DNA of 64,000 nucleotides from Mobula hypostoma. Lineage: Eukaryota. The notes below the pieces were generated by a model, which ran no database searches, was not told the origin of the DNA, and worked only from the letters and a program-made list of their open reading frames with translations. The stretch lies in NCBI RefSeq assembly GCF_963921235.1, contig NC_086097.1:104534001-104598000 (forward strand), given 5' to 3'. Positions 1 to 13,700 of the stretch are shown in pieces. Within the stretch, counting starts at the first letter, position 1, and each line of letters opens with the position of its first letter. The translations under genes and the position numbers were made by a program.

Positions 1-767
1 CGTTGTGAACAGGGTATGACCTGTACGGTAAATGCAGGGCAGTGAGGAGTGTTGTGAACAGGGTATGACCTGTACAGTAAATGCAGGGCAGTGACGAGTG
101 TTGTGAACAGGGTATGACCTGTACAGTAAATGCAGGGCAGTGACGAGTGTTGTGAACAGGGTATGATCTGTACGGTAAATGCAGGGCAGTGACGAGTGTT
201 GTGAACAGGGTAAGATCTGTACGGTAAATGCAGGGCAGTGACGAGTGTTGTGAACAGGGTATGACCTGTACGGTAAATGCAGGGCAGTGACGAGTGTTGT
301 GAACAGGGTATGACCTGTACGGTAAATGCAGGGCAGTGAGGAGTGTTGTGAACAGGGTATGACCTGTACAGTAAATGCAGGGCGGTGACGAGTGTTGTGA
401 ACAGGGTATGACCTGTACAGTAAATGCAGGGCAGTGAGGAGTGTTGTGAACAGGGTATGACCTGTACGGTAAATGCAGGGCAGTGACGAGTGTTGTGAAC
501 AGGGTATGACCTGTACGGTAAATGCAGGGCAGTGAGGAGTGTTGTGAACAGGGTATGACCTGTACAGTAAATGCAGGGCAGTGACGAGTGTCGTGAACAG
601 GGTATGACCTGTACAGTAAATGCAGGGCAGTGACGAGTGTCGTGAACAGGGTATGACCTGTACAGTAAATGCAGGGCAGTGACGAGTGTTGTGAACAGGG
701 TATGACCTGTACGGTAAATGCAGGGCAGTGACGAGTGTTGTGAACCGAGTATGACCTGTACAGTCAA

Positions 768-2188
768 TGCAGAGCAGTGACGAGTGTTGTGAACAGGGTA
801 TGACCTGTACGGTAAATGCAGGGCAGTGACGAGTGTTGTGAACAGGGTATGACCTGTACGGTAAATGCAGGGCAGAGAGGAGTGTTGTGAACAGGGTATG
901 ACCTGTACGGTAAATGCAGGGCAGTGAGGAGTGTTGTGAACAGGGTATGACCTGTACGGTAAATGCAGGGCAGTGACGAGTGTTGTGAACAGGGTATGAC
1001 CTGTACGGTAATTGCAGGGCAGTGACGAGTGTCGTGAACAGGGTATGACCTGTACAGTAAATGCAGGGCAGTGACGAGTGTTGTGAACAGGGTATGACCT
1101 GTACGGTAAATGCAGGGCAGTGACGAGTGTTGTGAACAGGGTATGACCTGTACGGTAAATGCAGGGCAGTGAGGAGTGTTGTGAACAGGGTATGACCTGT
1201 ACGGTAAATGCAGGGCAGTGACGAGTGTTGTGAACAGGGTATGACCTGTACCCTAAATGCAGGGCAGTGACGAGTGTTGTGAACAGGGTATGATCTGTAC
1301 AGTAAATGCAGGGCAGTGAGGAGTGTTGTGAACAGGGTATGACCTGTATAGTAAATGCAGGGCACTGACGAGTGTTGTGAACAGGGAATGACCTGTACGG
1401 TAAATGCAGGGCAGTGACGAGTGTTGTGAACAGGGTAAGACCTGTACAGTAATTGCAGGGCAGTGAGGAGTGTTGTGAACAGGGTATGACCTGTACGGTA
1501 AATGCAGGGCAGTGACGAGTGTTGTGAACAGGGTATGACCTGTACGGTAAATGCAGGGCAGTGAGGAGTGTTGTGAACAGGGTATGACCTCTACAGTAAT
1601 TGCAGGGCAGTGACGAGTGTTGTGAACAGGGTATGACCTGTACGGTAAAAGCAGGGCAGTGAGGAGTGTTGTGAACAGGGTATGACCTGTACAGTAAATG
1701 CAGGGCAGTGACGAGTGTTGTGAACAGGGTATGACATGTACGGTAAATGCAGGGAAGTGACGAGTGTTGTAAACAGGGTATGAACTGTACGGTAAATGCA
1801 GGGTAGTGAGGAGTGTTGTGAACAGGGTATGACCAGTACAGTAAATGCAGGGCAGTGACGAGTGTCGTGAACAGGGTATGACCTGTACGGTAAATGCAGG
1901 GCAGTGACGAGTGTTGTGAACAGGGTATGACCTGTACGGTAAATGCAGGGTGGTGAGGAGTGTTGTGAACAGGGTATGACCTGTACAGTAAATGCAGGGC
2001 AGTGACGAGTGTCGTGAACAGGGTGTGACCTGTACAGTAAATGCAGGGCAGTGACGAGTGTCGTGAACAGGGTATGACCTGTACAGTAAATGCAGGGCAG
2101 TGACGAGTGTTGTGAACAGGGTATGACCTGTACGGTAAATGCAGGGCAGTGACGAGTGTTGTGAACCGAGTATGACCTGTACAGTCAA
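768..2188. repeat. 29-monomer (1421-bp) higher-order block of the 49-bp array, copy 1
   Basis: Bounded by marker monomers (AACCGAGTATGACCTGTACAGTCAATGCAGAGC). Contains ordered rare variants CCCTAA, TGATCT, TATAG, GGAATG, CTCTA, AAAAGC, ACATGT/GGGAAG, TGTAAAC/GAACTG, ACCAGT, GGTGGTG, GGGTGTGAC. Confidence 0.85.
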
Positions 2189-5100
2189 TGCAGAGCAGTG
2201 ACGAGTGTTGTGAACAGGTTATGACCTGTACGGTAAATGCAGAGCAGTGACGAGTGTTGTGAACAGGGTATGACCTGTACGGTAAATGCAGGGCAGAGAG
2301 GAGTGTTGTGAACAGGGTATGACCTGTACGGTAAATGCAGGGTGGTGAGGAGTGTTGTGAACAGGGTATGACCTGTACTGTAAATGCAGGGCAGTGAGGA
2401 GTGTTGTGAACAGGGTATGACCTGCACGGTAAATGCAGGGCAGTGACGAGTGTTGTGAACAGGGTATGACCTGTACGGTAAATGCAGGGCAGTGAGGAGT
2501 GTTGTGAACAGGGTATGACCTCTACAGTAATTGCAGGGCAGTGACGAGCGTTGTGAACAGGGTATGACCTGTACGGTAAATGCAGGGCAGTGAGGAGTGT
2601 TGTGAACAGGGTATGACCTGTACAGTAAATGCAGGGCAGTGACGAGTGTTGTGAACAGGGTATGACCTGTACAGTAAATGCAGGGCAGTGACGAGTGTTG
2701 TGAACAGGGTATGATCTGTACGGTAAATGCAGGGCAGTGACGAGTGTTGTGAACAGGGTAAGACCTGTACGGTAAATGCAGGGCAGTGACGAGTGTTGTG
2801 AACAGGGTAAGACCTGTACGGTAAATGCAGGGCAGTGACGAGTGTTGTGAACAGGGTATGACCTGTACGGTAAATGCAGGGCAGTGACGAGTGTTGTGAA
2901 CAGGGTATGACCTGTACGGTAAATGCAGGGCAGTGACGAGTGTTGTGAACAGGGTAAGACCTGTACAGTAAATGCAGGGCAGTGACGCGTGTTGTGAACA
3001 GTGTAAGACCTGTACGGTAAATGCAGGGTGGTGAGGAGTGTTGTGAACAGGGTATGACCTGTACGGTAAATGCAGGGCAGTGACCAGTGTTGTGAACAGG
3101 GTATGACCAGTACGGTAAATGCAGGGCAGAGAGGAGTGTTGTGAACAGGGTAAGACCTGTACAGTAAATGCAGGGCAGTGACGAGTGTTGTGAACAGGGT
3201 ATGACCTGTACGGTAAATGCAGGGCAGTGACGCGTGTTGTGAACAGTGTAAGACCTGTACGGTAAATGCAGGGTGGTGAGGAGTGTTGTGAACAGGGTAT
3301 GACCTGTACAGTAAATGCAGGGCAGTGACGAGTGTTGTGAACAGGGTAAGACCTCTACAGTAAATGCAGGGCAGTGACGAGTGTTGTGAACAGGGTATGA
3401 CCTGTACAGTAAATGCAGGGCAGTGACGAGTGTTGTGAACAGTGTAAGACCTGTACGGTAAATGCAGGGCAGTGACGAGTGTTGTGAACAGGGTAAGACC
3501 TGTACGGTAAATGCAGGGCAGTGACGAGTGTTGTGAACAGGGTATGACCTGTACGGTAAATGCAGGGCAGTGAGGAGTGTTGTGAACAGGGTATGACCTG
3601 TACCGTAAATGCAGGGCAGTGAGGAGTGTTGTGAACAGGGTATGACCTGTACAGTAAATGAAGGGCAGTGACGAGTGTTGTGAACAGGGTATGACCTGTA
3701 CAGTAAATGCAGGGCAGTGAGGAGTGTTGTGAACAGGGTATGACCTGTACGGTAAATGCAGGGCAGTGACGAGTGTTGTGAACAGGGTATGACCTGTACG
3801 GTAAATGCAGGGCAGTGAGGAGTGTTGTGAACAGGGTATGACCAGTACAGTAAATGCAGGGCAGTGACGAGTGTCGTGAACAGGGTATGACCTGTACAGT
3901 AAATGCAGGGCAGTGACGAGTGTCGTGAACAGGGTATGACCTGTACAGTAAATTCAGGGCAGTGACGAGTGTTGTGAACAGGGTATGACCTGTACGGTAA
4001 ATGCAGGGCAGTGACGAGTGTTGTGAACCGAGTATGACCTGTACAGTCAATGCAGAGCAGTGACGAGTGTTGTGAACAGGGTATGACCTGTACGGTAAAT
4101 GCAGAGCAGTGACGAGTGTTGTGAACAGGGTATGACCTGTACGGTAAATGCAGGGCAGAGAGGAGTGTTGTGAACAGGGTATGACCTGTACGGTAAATGC
4201 AGGGCAGTGAGGAGTGTTGTGAACAGGGTATGACCTGCACGGTAAATGCAGGGCAGTGACGAGTGTTGTGAACAGGGTATGACCTGTACGGTAATTGCAG
4301 GGCGGTGACGAGTGTCGTGAACAGGGTATGACCTGTACGGTAAATTCAGGGCAGTGACGAGTGTTGTGAACAGGGTATGACCTGTACGGTAAATGCAGGG
4401 CAGTGACGAGTGTTGTGAACAGGGTATGACCTGTACGGTAAATGCAGGGCAGAGAGGAGTGTTGTGAACAGGGTATGACCTGTACGGTAACTGCAGGGCA
4501 GTGACGAGTGTTGTGAACAGGGTATGACCTGTACCCTAAATGCAGGGCAGTGACGAGTGTTGTGAACAGGATATGATCTGTACAGTAAATGCAGGGCAGT
4601 GAGGAGTGTTGTGAACAGGGTAAGACCTGTATAGTAAATGCAGGGCAGTGACGAGTGTTGTGAACAGGGTATGACCTGTACGGTAAATGCAGGGCAGTGA
4701 CGAGTGTTGTGAACAGGGTAAGACCTGTACAGTAATTGCAGGGCAGTGAGGAGTGTTGTGAACAGGGTATGACCTGTACGGTAAATGCAGGGCAGTGACG
4801 AGTGTTGTGAACAGGGTATGACCTGTACGGTAAATGCAGGGCAGAGAGGAGTGTTGTGAACAGGGTATGACCTCTACAGTAAATGCAGGGCAGTGACGAG
4901 TGTTGTGAACAGGGTATGACCTGTACGGTAAATGCAGGGCAGTGAGGAGTGTTGTGAACAGGGTATGACCTGTACAGTAAATGCAGGGCAGTGACGAGTG
5001 TTGTGAACAGGGTATGACCTGTACGGTAATTGCAGGGCAGTGACGAGTGTTGTGAACAGGGTATGACCTGTACGGTAAATGCAGGGCAGTGACGAGTGTT

Positions 5101-6776
5101 GTGAACAGGGTATGACCTGTACGGTAAATGCAGGGCAGTGACGAGTGTTGTGAACAGGGTATGACCTGTACGGTAAATGCAGGGCAGTGACGAGTGTTGT
5201 GAACAGGGTATGACCTGTACGGTAAATGCAGGGCAGTGACGAGTGTTGTGAACAGTGTATGACCAGTACGGTAAATGCAGGGCAGTGAGGAGTGTTGTGA
5301 ACAGGGTAAGACCTGTATAGTAAATGCAGGGCAGTGAGGAGTGTTGTGAACAGGGTATGACCTGTACGGTAAATGCAGGGCAGTGACGAGTGTTGTGAAC
5401 AGGGTAAGACCTGTACAGTAAATGCAGGGCAGTGAGGAGTGTTGTGAACAGGGTATGACCTGTACGGTAAATGCAGGGCAGTGACGAGTGTTGTGAACAG
5501 GGTATGACCTGTACGGTAAATGCAGGGCAGTGAGGAGTGTTGTGAACAGGGTATGACCTGTACAGTAATTGCAGGGCAGTGACGAGTGTTGTGAACAGGG
5601 TATGACCTGTACGGTAAATGCAGGGCAGTGAGGAGTGTTGTGAACAGGGTATGACCTGTACAGTAAATGCAGGGCAGTGACGAGTGTTGTGAACAGGGTA
5701 TGACATGTACGGTAAATGCAGGGAAGTGACGAGTGTTGTAAACAGGGTATGAACTGTACGGTAAATGCAGGGTAGTGAGGAGTGTTGTGAACAGGGTATG
5801 ACCAGTACAGTAAATGCAGGGCAGTGACGAGTGTCGTGAACAGGGTATGACCTGTACGGTAAATGCAGGGCAGTGACGAGTGTTGTGAACAGGGTATCAC
5901 CTGTACGGTAAATGCAGGGCAGTGACGCGTGTTGTGAACAGTGTAAGACCTGTACGGTAAATGCAGGGTGGTGAGGAGTGTTGTGAACAGGGTATGACCT
6001 GTACAGTAAATGCAGGGCAGTGACGAGTGTTGTGAACAGGGTAAGACCTCTACAGTAAATGCAGGGCAGTGACGAGTGTTGTGAACAGGGTATGACCTGT
6101 ACAGTAAATGCAGGGCAGTGACGAGTGTTGTGAACAGGGTAAGACCTCTACAGTAAATGCAGGGCAGTGACGAGTGTTGTGAACAGGGTATGACCTGTAC
6201 GGTAAATGCAGGGCAGTGAGGAGTGTTGTGAACAGGGTATGACCTGTACCGTAAATGCAGGGCAGTGACGAGTGTTGTGAACAGGGTATGACCTGTACCG
6301 TAAATGCAGGGCAGTGACGAGTGTTGTGAACAGGGTAAGACCTGTACGGTAAATGCAGGGCAGTGACGAGTGTTGTGAACAGGGTATGACCTGTACCCTA
6401 AATGCAGGGCAGTGACGAGTGTTGTGAACAGGATATGATCTGTACAGTAAATGCAGGGCAGTGAGGAGTGTTGTGAACAGGGTATGAGCTCTACAGTAAT
6501 TGCAGGGCAGTGACGAGTGTTGTGAACAGGGTATGACCTGTACAGTAAATGCAGGGCAGTGACGAGTGTTGTGAACAGGGTATGACCTGTACGGTAAATG
6601 CAGGGCAGTGACGAGTGTTGTGAACAGGGTATGACCTGTACGGTAAATGCAGGGCAGTGAGGAGTGTTGTGAACAGGGTATGACCTGTACAGTAAATGCA
6701 GGGCAGTGACGAGTGTTGTGAACAGGGTATGTCCTGTACGGTAAATGCAGGGCAGTGAGGAGTGTTGTGAACAGGG

Positions 6777-9700
6777 TAAGACCTGTACGGTAAATGCAGG
6801 GCAGTGACGAGTGTTGTGAACAGGGTATGACCTGTACAGTAAATGCAGGACAGTGACGAGTATTGTGAACAGGGTATGACCTGTACAGTAATTCCAGGGC
6901 AGTGAGCAGTGTTTTGAACAGGGTATGACCTGTACAGTAAATGCAGGGCAGTGACGAGTGTTGTGAACAGGGTATGACCTGTACAGTAATTGCAGGGCAG
7001 TGACGAGTGTCGTGAACAGGGTATGACCTGTACGGTAAATGCAGGGCAGTGAGGAGTGTTGTGAACAGGGTATGACCTGTACGGTAAATGCAGGGCAGTG
7101 ACGAGTGTTGTGAACAGGGTATGACCTGTACAGTAAATGCAGGGCAGTGACGAGTGTTGTGAACAGGGTATGACCTGTACAGTAAATGCAGGGCGGTGAC
7201 GAGTGTTGTGAACAGAGTATGACCTGTACGGTAAATGCAGGGCAGTGACGAGTGTTGTGAACAGGGTATGACCTGTACGGTAAATGCAGGGCAGTGAGGA
7301 GTGTTGTGAACAGGGTATGACCTGTACGGTAAATGCAGGGCAGTGACGAGTGTTGTGAACAGGGTATGACCTGTACGGTAAATGCAGGGCAGTGACGAGT
7401 GTTGTGAACAGGGTAAGACCTGTACGGTAAATGCAGGGCAGTGACGAGTGTTGTGAACAGGGTATTACCTGTACGGTAAATGCAGGGCAGTGACGAGTGT
7501 CGTGAACAGGGTATGACCTGTACGGTAAATGCAGGGCAGAGAGGAGTGTTGTGAACAGGGTATGACCTCTACAGTAATTGCAGGGCAGTGACGAGTGTTG
7601 TGAACAGGGTATGACCTGTACGGTAAATGCAGGGCAGTGAGGAGTGTTGTGAACAGGGTATGACCTGTACAGTAAATGCAGGGCAGTGACGAGTGTTGTG
7701 AACAGGGTATGACCTGTACGGTAAATGCAGGGCAGTGAGGAGTGTTGTGAACAGGGTATGACCTGTACAGTAAATGCAGGGCGGTGACGAGTGTTGTGAA
7801 CAGGGTATGACCTGTACAGTAAATGCAGGGCAGTGAGGAGTGTTGTGAACAGGGTATGACCTGTACGGTAAATGCAGGGCAGTGACGAGTGTTGTGAACA
7901 GGGTATGACCTGTACGGTAAATGCAGGGCAGTGAGGAGTGTTGTGAACAGGGTATGACCAGTACAGTAAATGCAGGGCAGTGACGAGTGTCGTGAACAGG
8001 GTATGACCTGTACAGTAAATGCAGGGCAGTGACGAGTGTCGTGAACAGGGTATGACCTGTACAGTAAATGCAGGGCAGTGACGAGTGTTGTGAACAGGGT
8101 ATGACCTGTACGGTAAATGCAGGGCAGTGACGAGTGTTGTGAACCGAGTATGACCTGTACAGTCAATGCAGAGCAGTGACGAGTGTTGTGAACAGGGTAT
8201 GACCTGTACGGTAAATGCAGAGCAGTGACGAGTGTTGTGAACAGGGTATGACCTGTACGGTAAATGCAGGGCAGAGAGGAGTGTTGTGAACAGGGTATGA
8301 CCTGTACGGTAAATGCAGGGTGGTGAGGAGTGTTGTGAACAGGGTATGACCTGTACGGTAAATGCAGGGCAGTGACGAGTGTTGTGAACAGGGTATGACC
8401 TGTACGGTAAATGCAGGGCAGTGAGGAGTGTTGTGAACAGGGTATGACCTGTACGGTAAATGCAGGGCAGTGAGGAGTGTTGTGAACAGGGTATGACCTG
8501 CACGGTAAATGCAGGGCAGTGACGAGTGTTGTGAACAGGGTATGACCTGTACGGTAATTGCAGGGCGGTGACGAGTGTCGTGAACAGGGTATGACCTGTA
8601 CGGTAAATGCAGGGCAGTGACGAGTGTTGTGAACAGGGTATGACCTGTACGGTAAATGCAGGGCAGTGACGAGTGTTGTGAACAGGGTATGACCTGTACG
8701 GTAATTGCAGGGCGGTGACGAGTGTCGTGAACAGGGTATGACCTGTACGGTAAATGCAGGGCAGTGACGAGTGTTGTGAACAGGGTATGACCTGTACGGT
8801 AAATGCAGGGCAGTGACGAGTGTTGTGAACAGGGTATGACCTGTACGGTAAATGCAGGGCAGTGAGGAGTGTTGTGAACAGGGTAAGACCTGTACGGTAA
8901 ATGCAGGGCAGTGACGAGTGTTGTGAACAGGGTATGACCTGTACAGTAAATGCAGGGCGGTGACGAGTGTTGTGAACAGGGTATGACCTGTACAGTAATT
9001 GCAGGACGGTGACGAGTGTTGTGAACAGGGTATGACCTGTACAGTAAATGCAGGGCAGTGACGAGTGTTGTGAACAGGGTATGACCTGTACAGTAATTGC
9101 AGGGCAGTGACGAGTGTTTTGAACAGGGTATGACCTGTACGGTAAATGCAGGGCAGTGAGGAGTGTTGTGAACAGGGTATGACCTGTACGGTAAATGCAG
9201 GGCAGTGACGAGTGTTGTGAACAGGGTATGACCTGTACAGTAAATGCAGGGCAGTGACGAGTGTTGTGAACAGGGTATGACCTGTACAGTAAATGCAGGG
9301 CAGTGACGAGTGTTGTGAACAGGGTATGACCTGTACGGTAAATGCAGGGCAGTGAAGAGTGTCGTGAATTGGGTATGACCTGTACAGTAAATGCAGAGCA
9401 GTGAGGAGTGTTGTGAACAGAGTATGACCTGTACGGTAAATGCAGGGCGGTGACGAGCGTTGTGAACAGGGTATGACCTGTACGGTAAATGCAGGGCAGT
9501 GACGCGTGTTGTGAACAGGGTAAGACCTGTACGGTAAATGCAGGGCAGTGACGAGTGTTGTGAACAGGGTATTACCTGTACGGTAAATGCAGGGCAGTGA
9601 CGAATGTCGTGAACAGGGTATGACCTGTACGGTAAATGCAGGGCAGAGAGGAGTGTTGTGAACAGGGTATGACCTCTACAGTAATTGCAGGGCAGTGACG

Positions 9701-10797
9701 AGTGTTGTGAACAGGGTATGACCTGTACGGTAAATGCAGGGCAGTGAGGAGTGTTGTGAACAGGGTATGACCTGTACAGTAAATGCAGGGCAGTGACGAG
9801 TGTTGTGAACAGGGTATGACCTGTACGGTAAATGCAGGGCAGTGAGGAGTGTTGTGAACAGGGTATGACCTGTACAGTAAATGCAGGGCAGTGACGAGTG
9901 TTGTGAACAGGGTATGACCTGTACAGTAAATGCAGGGCAGTGAGGAGTGTTGTGAACAGGGTATGACCTGTACGGTAAATGCAGGGCAGTGACGAGTGTT
10001 GTGAACAGGGTATGACCTGTACGGTAAATGCAGGGCAGTGAGGAGTGTTGTGAACAGGGTATGACCTGTACGGTAAATGCAGGGCAGTGACGAGTGTAGT
10101 GAACAGGGTATGACCTGTACAGTAAATGCAGGGCAGTGACGAGTGTCGTGAACAGGGTATGACCTGCACAGTAAATGCAGGGCTGTGACGAGTGTTGTGA
10201 ACAGGGTATGACCTGTACGGTAAATGCAGGGCAGTGACGAGTGTTGTGAACCGAGTATGACCTGTACAGTCAATGCAGAGCAGTGACGAGTGTTGTGAAC
10301 AGGGTATGACCTGTACGGTAAATGCAGAGCAGTGACGAGTGTTGTGAACAGGGTATGACCTGTACGGTAAATGCAGGGCAGAGAGGAGTGTTGTGAACAG
10401 GGTATGACCTGTACGGTAAATGCAGGGTGGTGAGGAGTGTTGTGAACAGGGTATGACCTGTACGGTAAATGCAGGGCAGTGACGAGTGTTGTGAACAGGG
10501 TATGACCTGTACGGTAAATGCAGGGCAGTGAGGAGTGTTGTGAACAGGGTATGACCTGTACGGTAAATGCAGGGCAGTGAGGAGTGTTGTGAACAGGGTA
10601 TGACCTGCACGGTAAATGCAGGGCAGTGACGAGTGTTGTGAACAGGGTATGACCTGTACGGTAATTGCAGGGCGGTGACGAGTGTCGTGAACAGGGTATG
10701 ACCTGTACGGTAAATGCAGGGCAGTGACGAGTGTTGTGAACAGGGTATGACCTGTACGGTAAATGCAGGGCAGTGACGAGTGTTGTGAACAGGGTAT
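6777..10797. repeat. Near-tandem duplication with a 43-monomer (2107-bp) offset within the 49-bp array
   Basis: Shared variants at constant offset 2107: TAAG 6777/8884, TTA of TATTACC 7465/9572, GTCAA 8166/10273, CAC of CTGCACGG 8501/10608. Confidence 0.8.
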
Positions 10798-13700
10798 GAC
10801 CTGTACGGTAAATGCAGGGCAGTGAGGAGTGTTGTGAACAGGGTATGACCTGTACGGTAAATGCAGGGCAGTGACGAGTGTTGTGAACAGGGTATGACCT
10901 GTACCCTAAATGCAGGGCAGTGACGAGTGTTGTGAACAGGATATGATCTGTACAGTAAATGCAGGGCAGTGAGGAGTGTTGTGAACAGGGTAAGACCTGT
11001 ATAGTAAATGCAGGGCAGTGACGAGTGTTGTGAACAGGGAATGACCTGTACGGTAAACGCAGGGCAGTGACGAGTGTTGTGAACAGGGTAAGACCTGTAC
11101 AGTAATTGCAGGGCAGTGAGGAGTGTTTTGAACAGGGTATGACCTGTACGGTAAATGCAGGGCAGTGACGAGTGTTGTGAACAGGGTATGACCTGTACGG
11201 TAAATGCAGGGCAGAGAGGAGTGTTGTGAACAGGGTATGACCTCTACAGTAATTGCAGGGCAGTGACGAGTGTTGTGAACAGGGTATGACCTGTACGGTA
11301 AAAGCAGGGCAGTGAGGAGTGTTGTGAACAGGGTATGACCTGTACAGTAAATGCAGGGCAGTGACGAGTGTTGTGAACAGGGTATGACATGTACGGTAAA
11401 TGCAGGGAAGTGACGAGTGTTGTAAACAGGGTATGACCTGTACGGTAAATGCAGGGCAGTGAGGAGTGTTGTGAACAGGGTATGACCAGTACAGTAAATG
11501 CAGGGCAGTGACGAGTGTCGTGAACGGGGTATGACCTGTACGGTAAATGCAGGGCAGTGAGGAGTGTTGTGAACAGGGTATGACCTGTACGGTAAATGCA
11601 GGGCAGTGAGGAGTGTTGTGAACAGGGTATGACCTGTACGGTAAATGCAGGGTGGTGAGGAGTGTTGTGAACAGGGTATGACCTGTACGGTAAATGCAGG
11701 GCAGTGACGAGTGTTGTGAACAGGGTATGACCTGTACGGTAAATGCAGGGCAGAGAGGAGTGTTGTGAACAGGGTATGACCTGTACGGTAAATGCAGGGC
11801 AGTGAGGAGTGTTGTGAACAGGGTATGACCTGTACGGTAAATGCAGGGCAGTGACGAGTGTTGTGAACAGGGTATGACCTGTACGGTAAATGCAGGGCAG
11901 TGAGGAGTGTTGTGAACAGGGTATGACCTGTACAGTAAATGCAGGGCAGTGACGAGTGTTGTGAACAGGGTATGACCTGTACGGTAAATGCAGGGCAGTG
12001 AGGAGTGTTGTGAACAGGGTATGACCTGTACGGTAAATGCAGGGCAGTGACGAGTGTTGTGAACAGGGTATGACCTGTACGGTAAATGCAGGGCAGTGAC
12101 GAGTGTTGTGAACAGGGTATGACCTGTACGGTAAATGCAGGGCAGTGACGAGTGTTGTGAACAGGGTAAGACCTGTACGGTAAATGCAGGGCAGTGACGA
12201 GTGTTGTGAACAGGGTAAGACCTGTACGGTAAATGCAGGGCAGTGACGAGTGTTGTGAACAGGGTAAGACCTGTACAGTAAATGCAGGGCAGTGACGCGT
12301 GTTGTGAACAGTGTAAGACCTGTACGGTAAATGCAGGGTGGTGAGGAGTGTTGTGAACAGGGTATGACCTGTACGGTAAATGCAGGGCAGTGACCAGTGT
12401 TGTGAACAGGGTATGACCTGTACGGTAAATGCAGGGCAGAGAGGAGTGTTGTGAACAGGGTAAGACCTGTACAGTAAATGCAGGGCAGTGACGAGTGTTG
12501 TGAACAGGGTATGACCTGTACGGTAAATGCAGGGCAGTGACGCGTGTTGTGAACAGTGTAAGACCTGTACGGTAAATGCAGGGTGGTGAGGAGTGTTGTG
12601 AACAGGGTATGACCTGTACGGTAAATGCAGGGCAGTGACGAGTGTTGTGAACAGGGTATGACCTGTACGGTAAATGCAGGGCAGTAACTGGTGTCGTGAA
12701 CAGGGTATGACCTGTACGGTAAATGCAGGGCAGTGACGAGTGTTGTGAACAGGGTATGACCTGTACGGTAAATGCAGGGCAGTGACGAGTGTTGTGAACA
12801 GGGTATGACCTGTACAGTAAATGCAGGGCAGTGACGAGTGTTGTGAACAGTGTAAGACCTGTACGGTAAATGCAGGGCAGTGAGGAGTGTTGTGAACAGG
12901 GTATGACCTGTACGGTAAATGCAGGGCAGTGAGGAGTGTTGTGAACAGGGTATGACCTGTACGGTAAATGCAGGGCAGTGACGAGTGTTGTGAACAGGGT
13001 ATGACCTGTACGGTAAATGCAGGGCAGTGAGGAGTGTTGTGAACAGGGTATGACCTGTACGGTAAATGCAGGGCAGTGAGGAGTGTTGTGAACAGGGTAT
13101 GACCTGTACGGTAAATGCAGGGCAGTGACGAGTGTTGTGAACAGGGTATGACCTGTACGGTAAATGCAGGGCAGTGAGGAGTGTTGTGAACAGGGTATGA
13201 CCTCTACAGTAATTGCAGGGCAGTGACGAGTGTTGTGAACAGGGTATGACCTGTACGGTAAATGCAGGGCAGTGAGGAGTGTTGTGAACAGGGTATGACC
13301 TGTACAGTAAATGCAGGGCAGTGACGAGTGTTGTGAACAGGGTATGACCTGTACGGTAAATGCAGGGCAGTGACGAGTGTTGTGAACAGGGTATGACCTG
13401 TACGGTAAATGCAGGGCAGTGACGAGTGTTGTGAACAGGATATGATCTGTACAGTAAATGCAGGGCAGTGAGGAGTGTTGTGAACAGGGTATGACCTGTA
13501 CAGTAAATGCAGGGCAGTGACGAGTGTTGTGAACAGGGTATGACCTGTACGGTAAATGCAGGGCAGTGACGAGTGTTGTGAACAGGGTATGACCTGTACA
13601 GTAAATGCAGGGCAGTGAGGAGTGTTGTGAACAGGGTATGACCTGTACGGTAAATGCAGGGCAGTGACGAGTGTTGTGAACAGGGTATGACCTGTACGGT

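Noticed and set aside
1..147. 3 x 49 = 147 bp equals the nucleosome core length
   Set aside because: Numerical coincidence without support: there is no consistent trimer periodicity of variants, and most block offsets (29, 43, 107, 136) are not multiples of 3.
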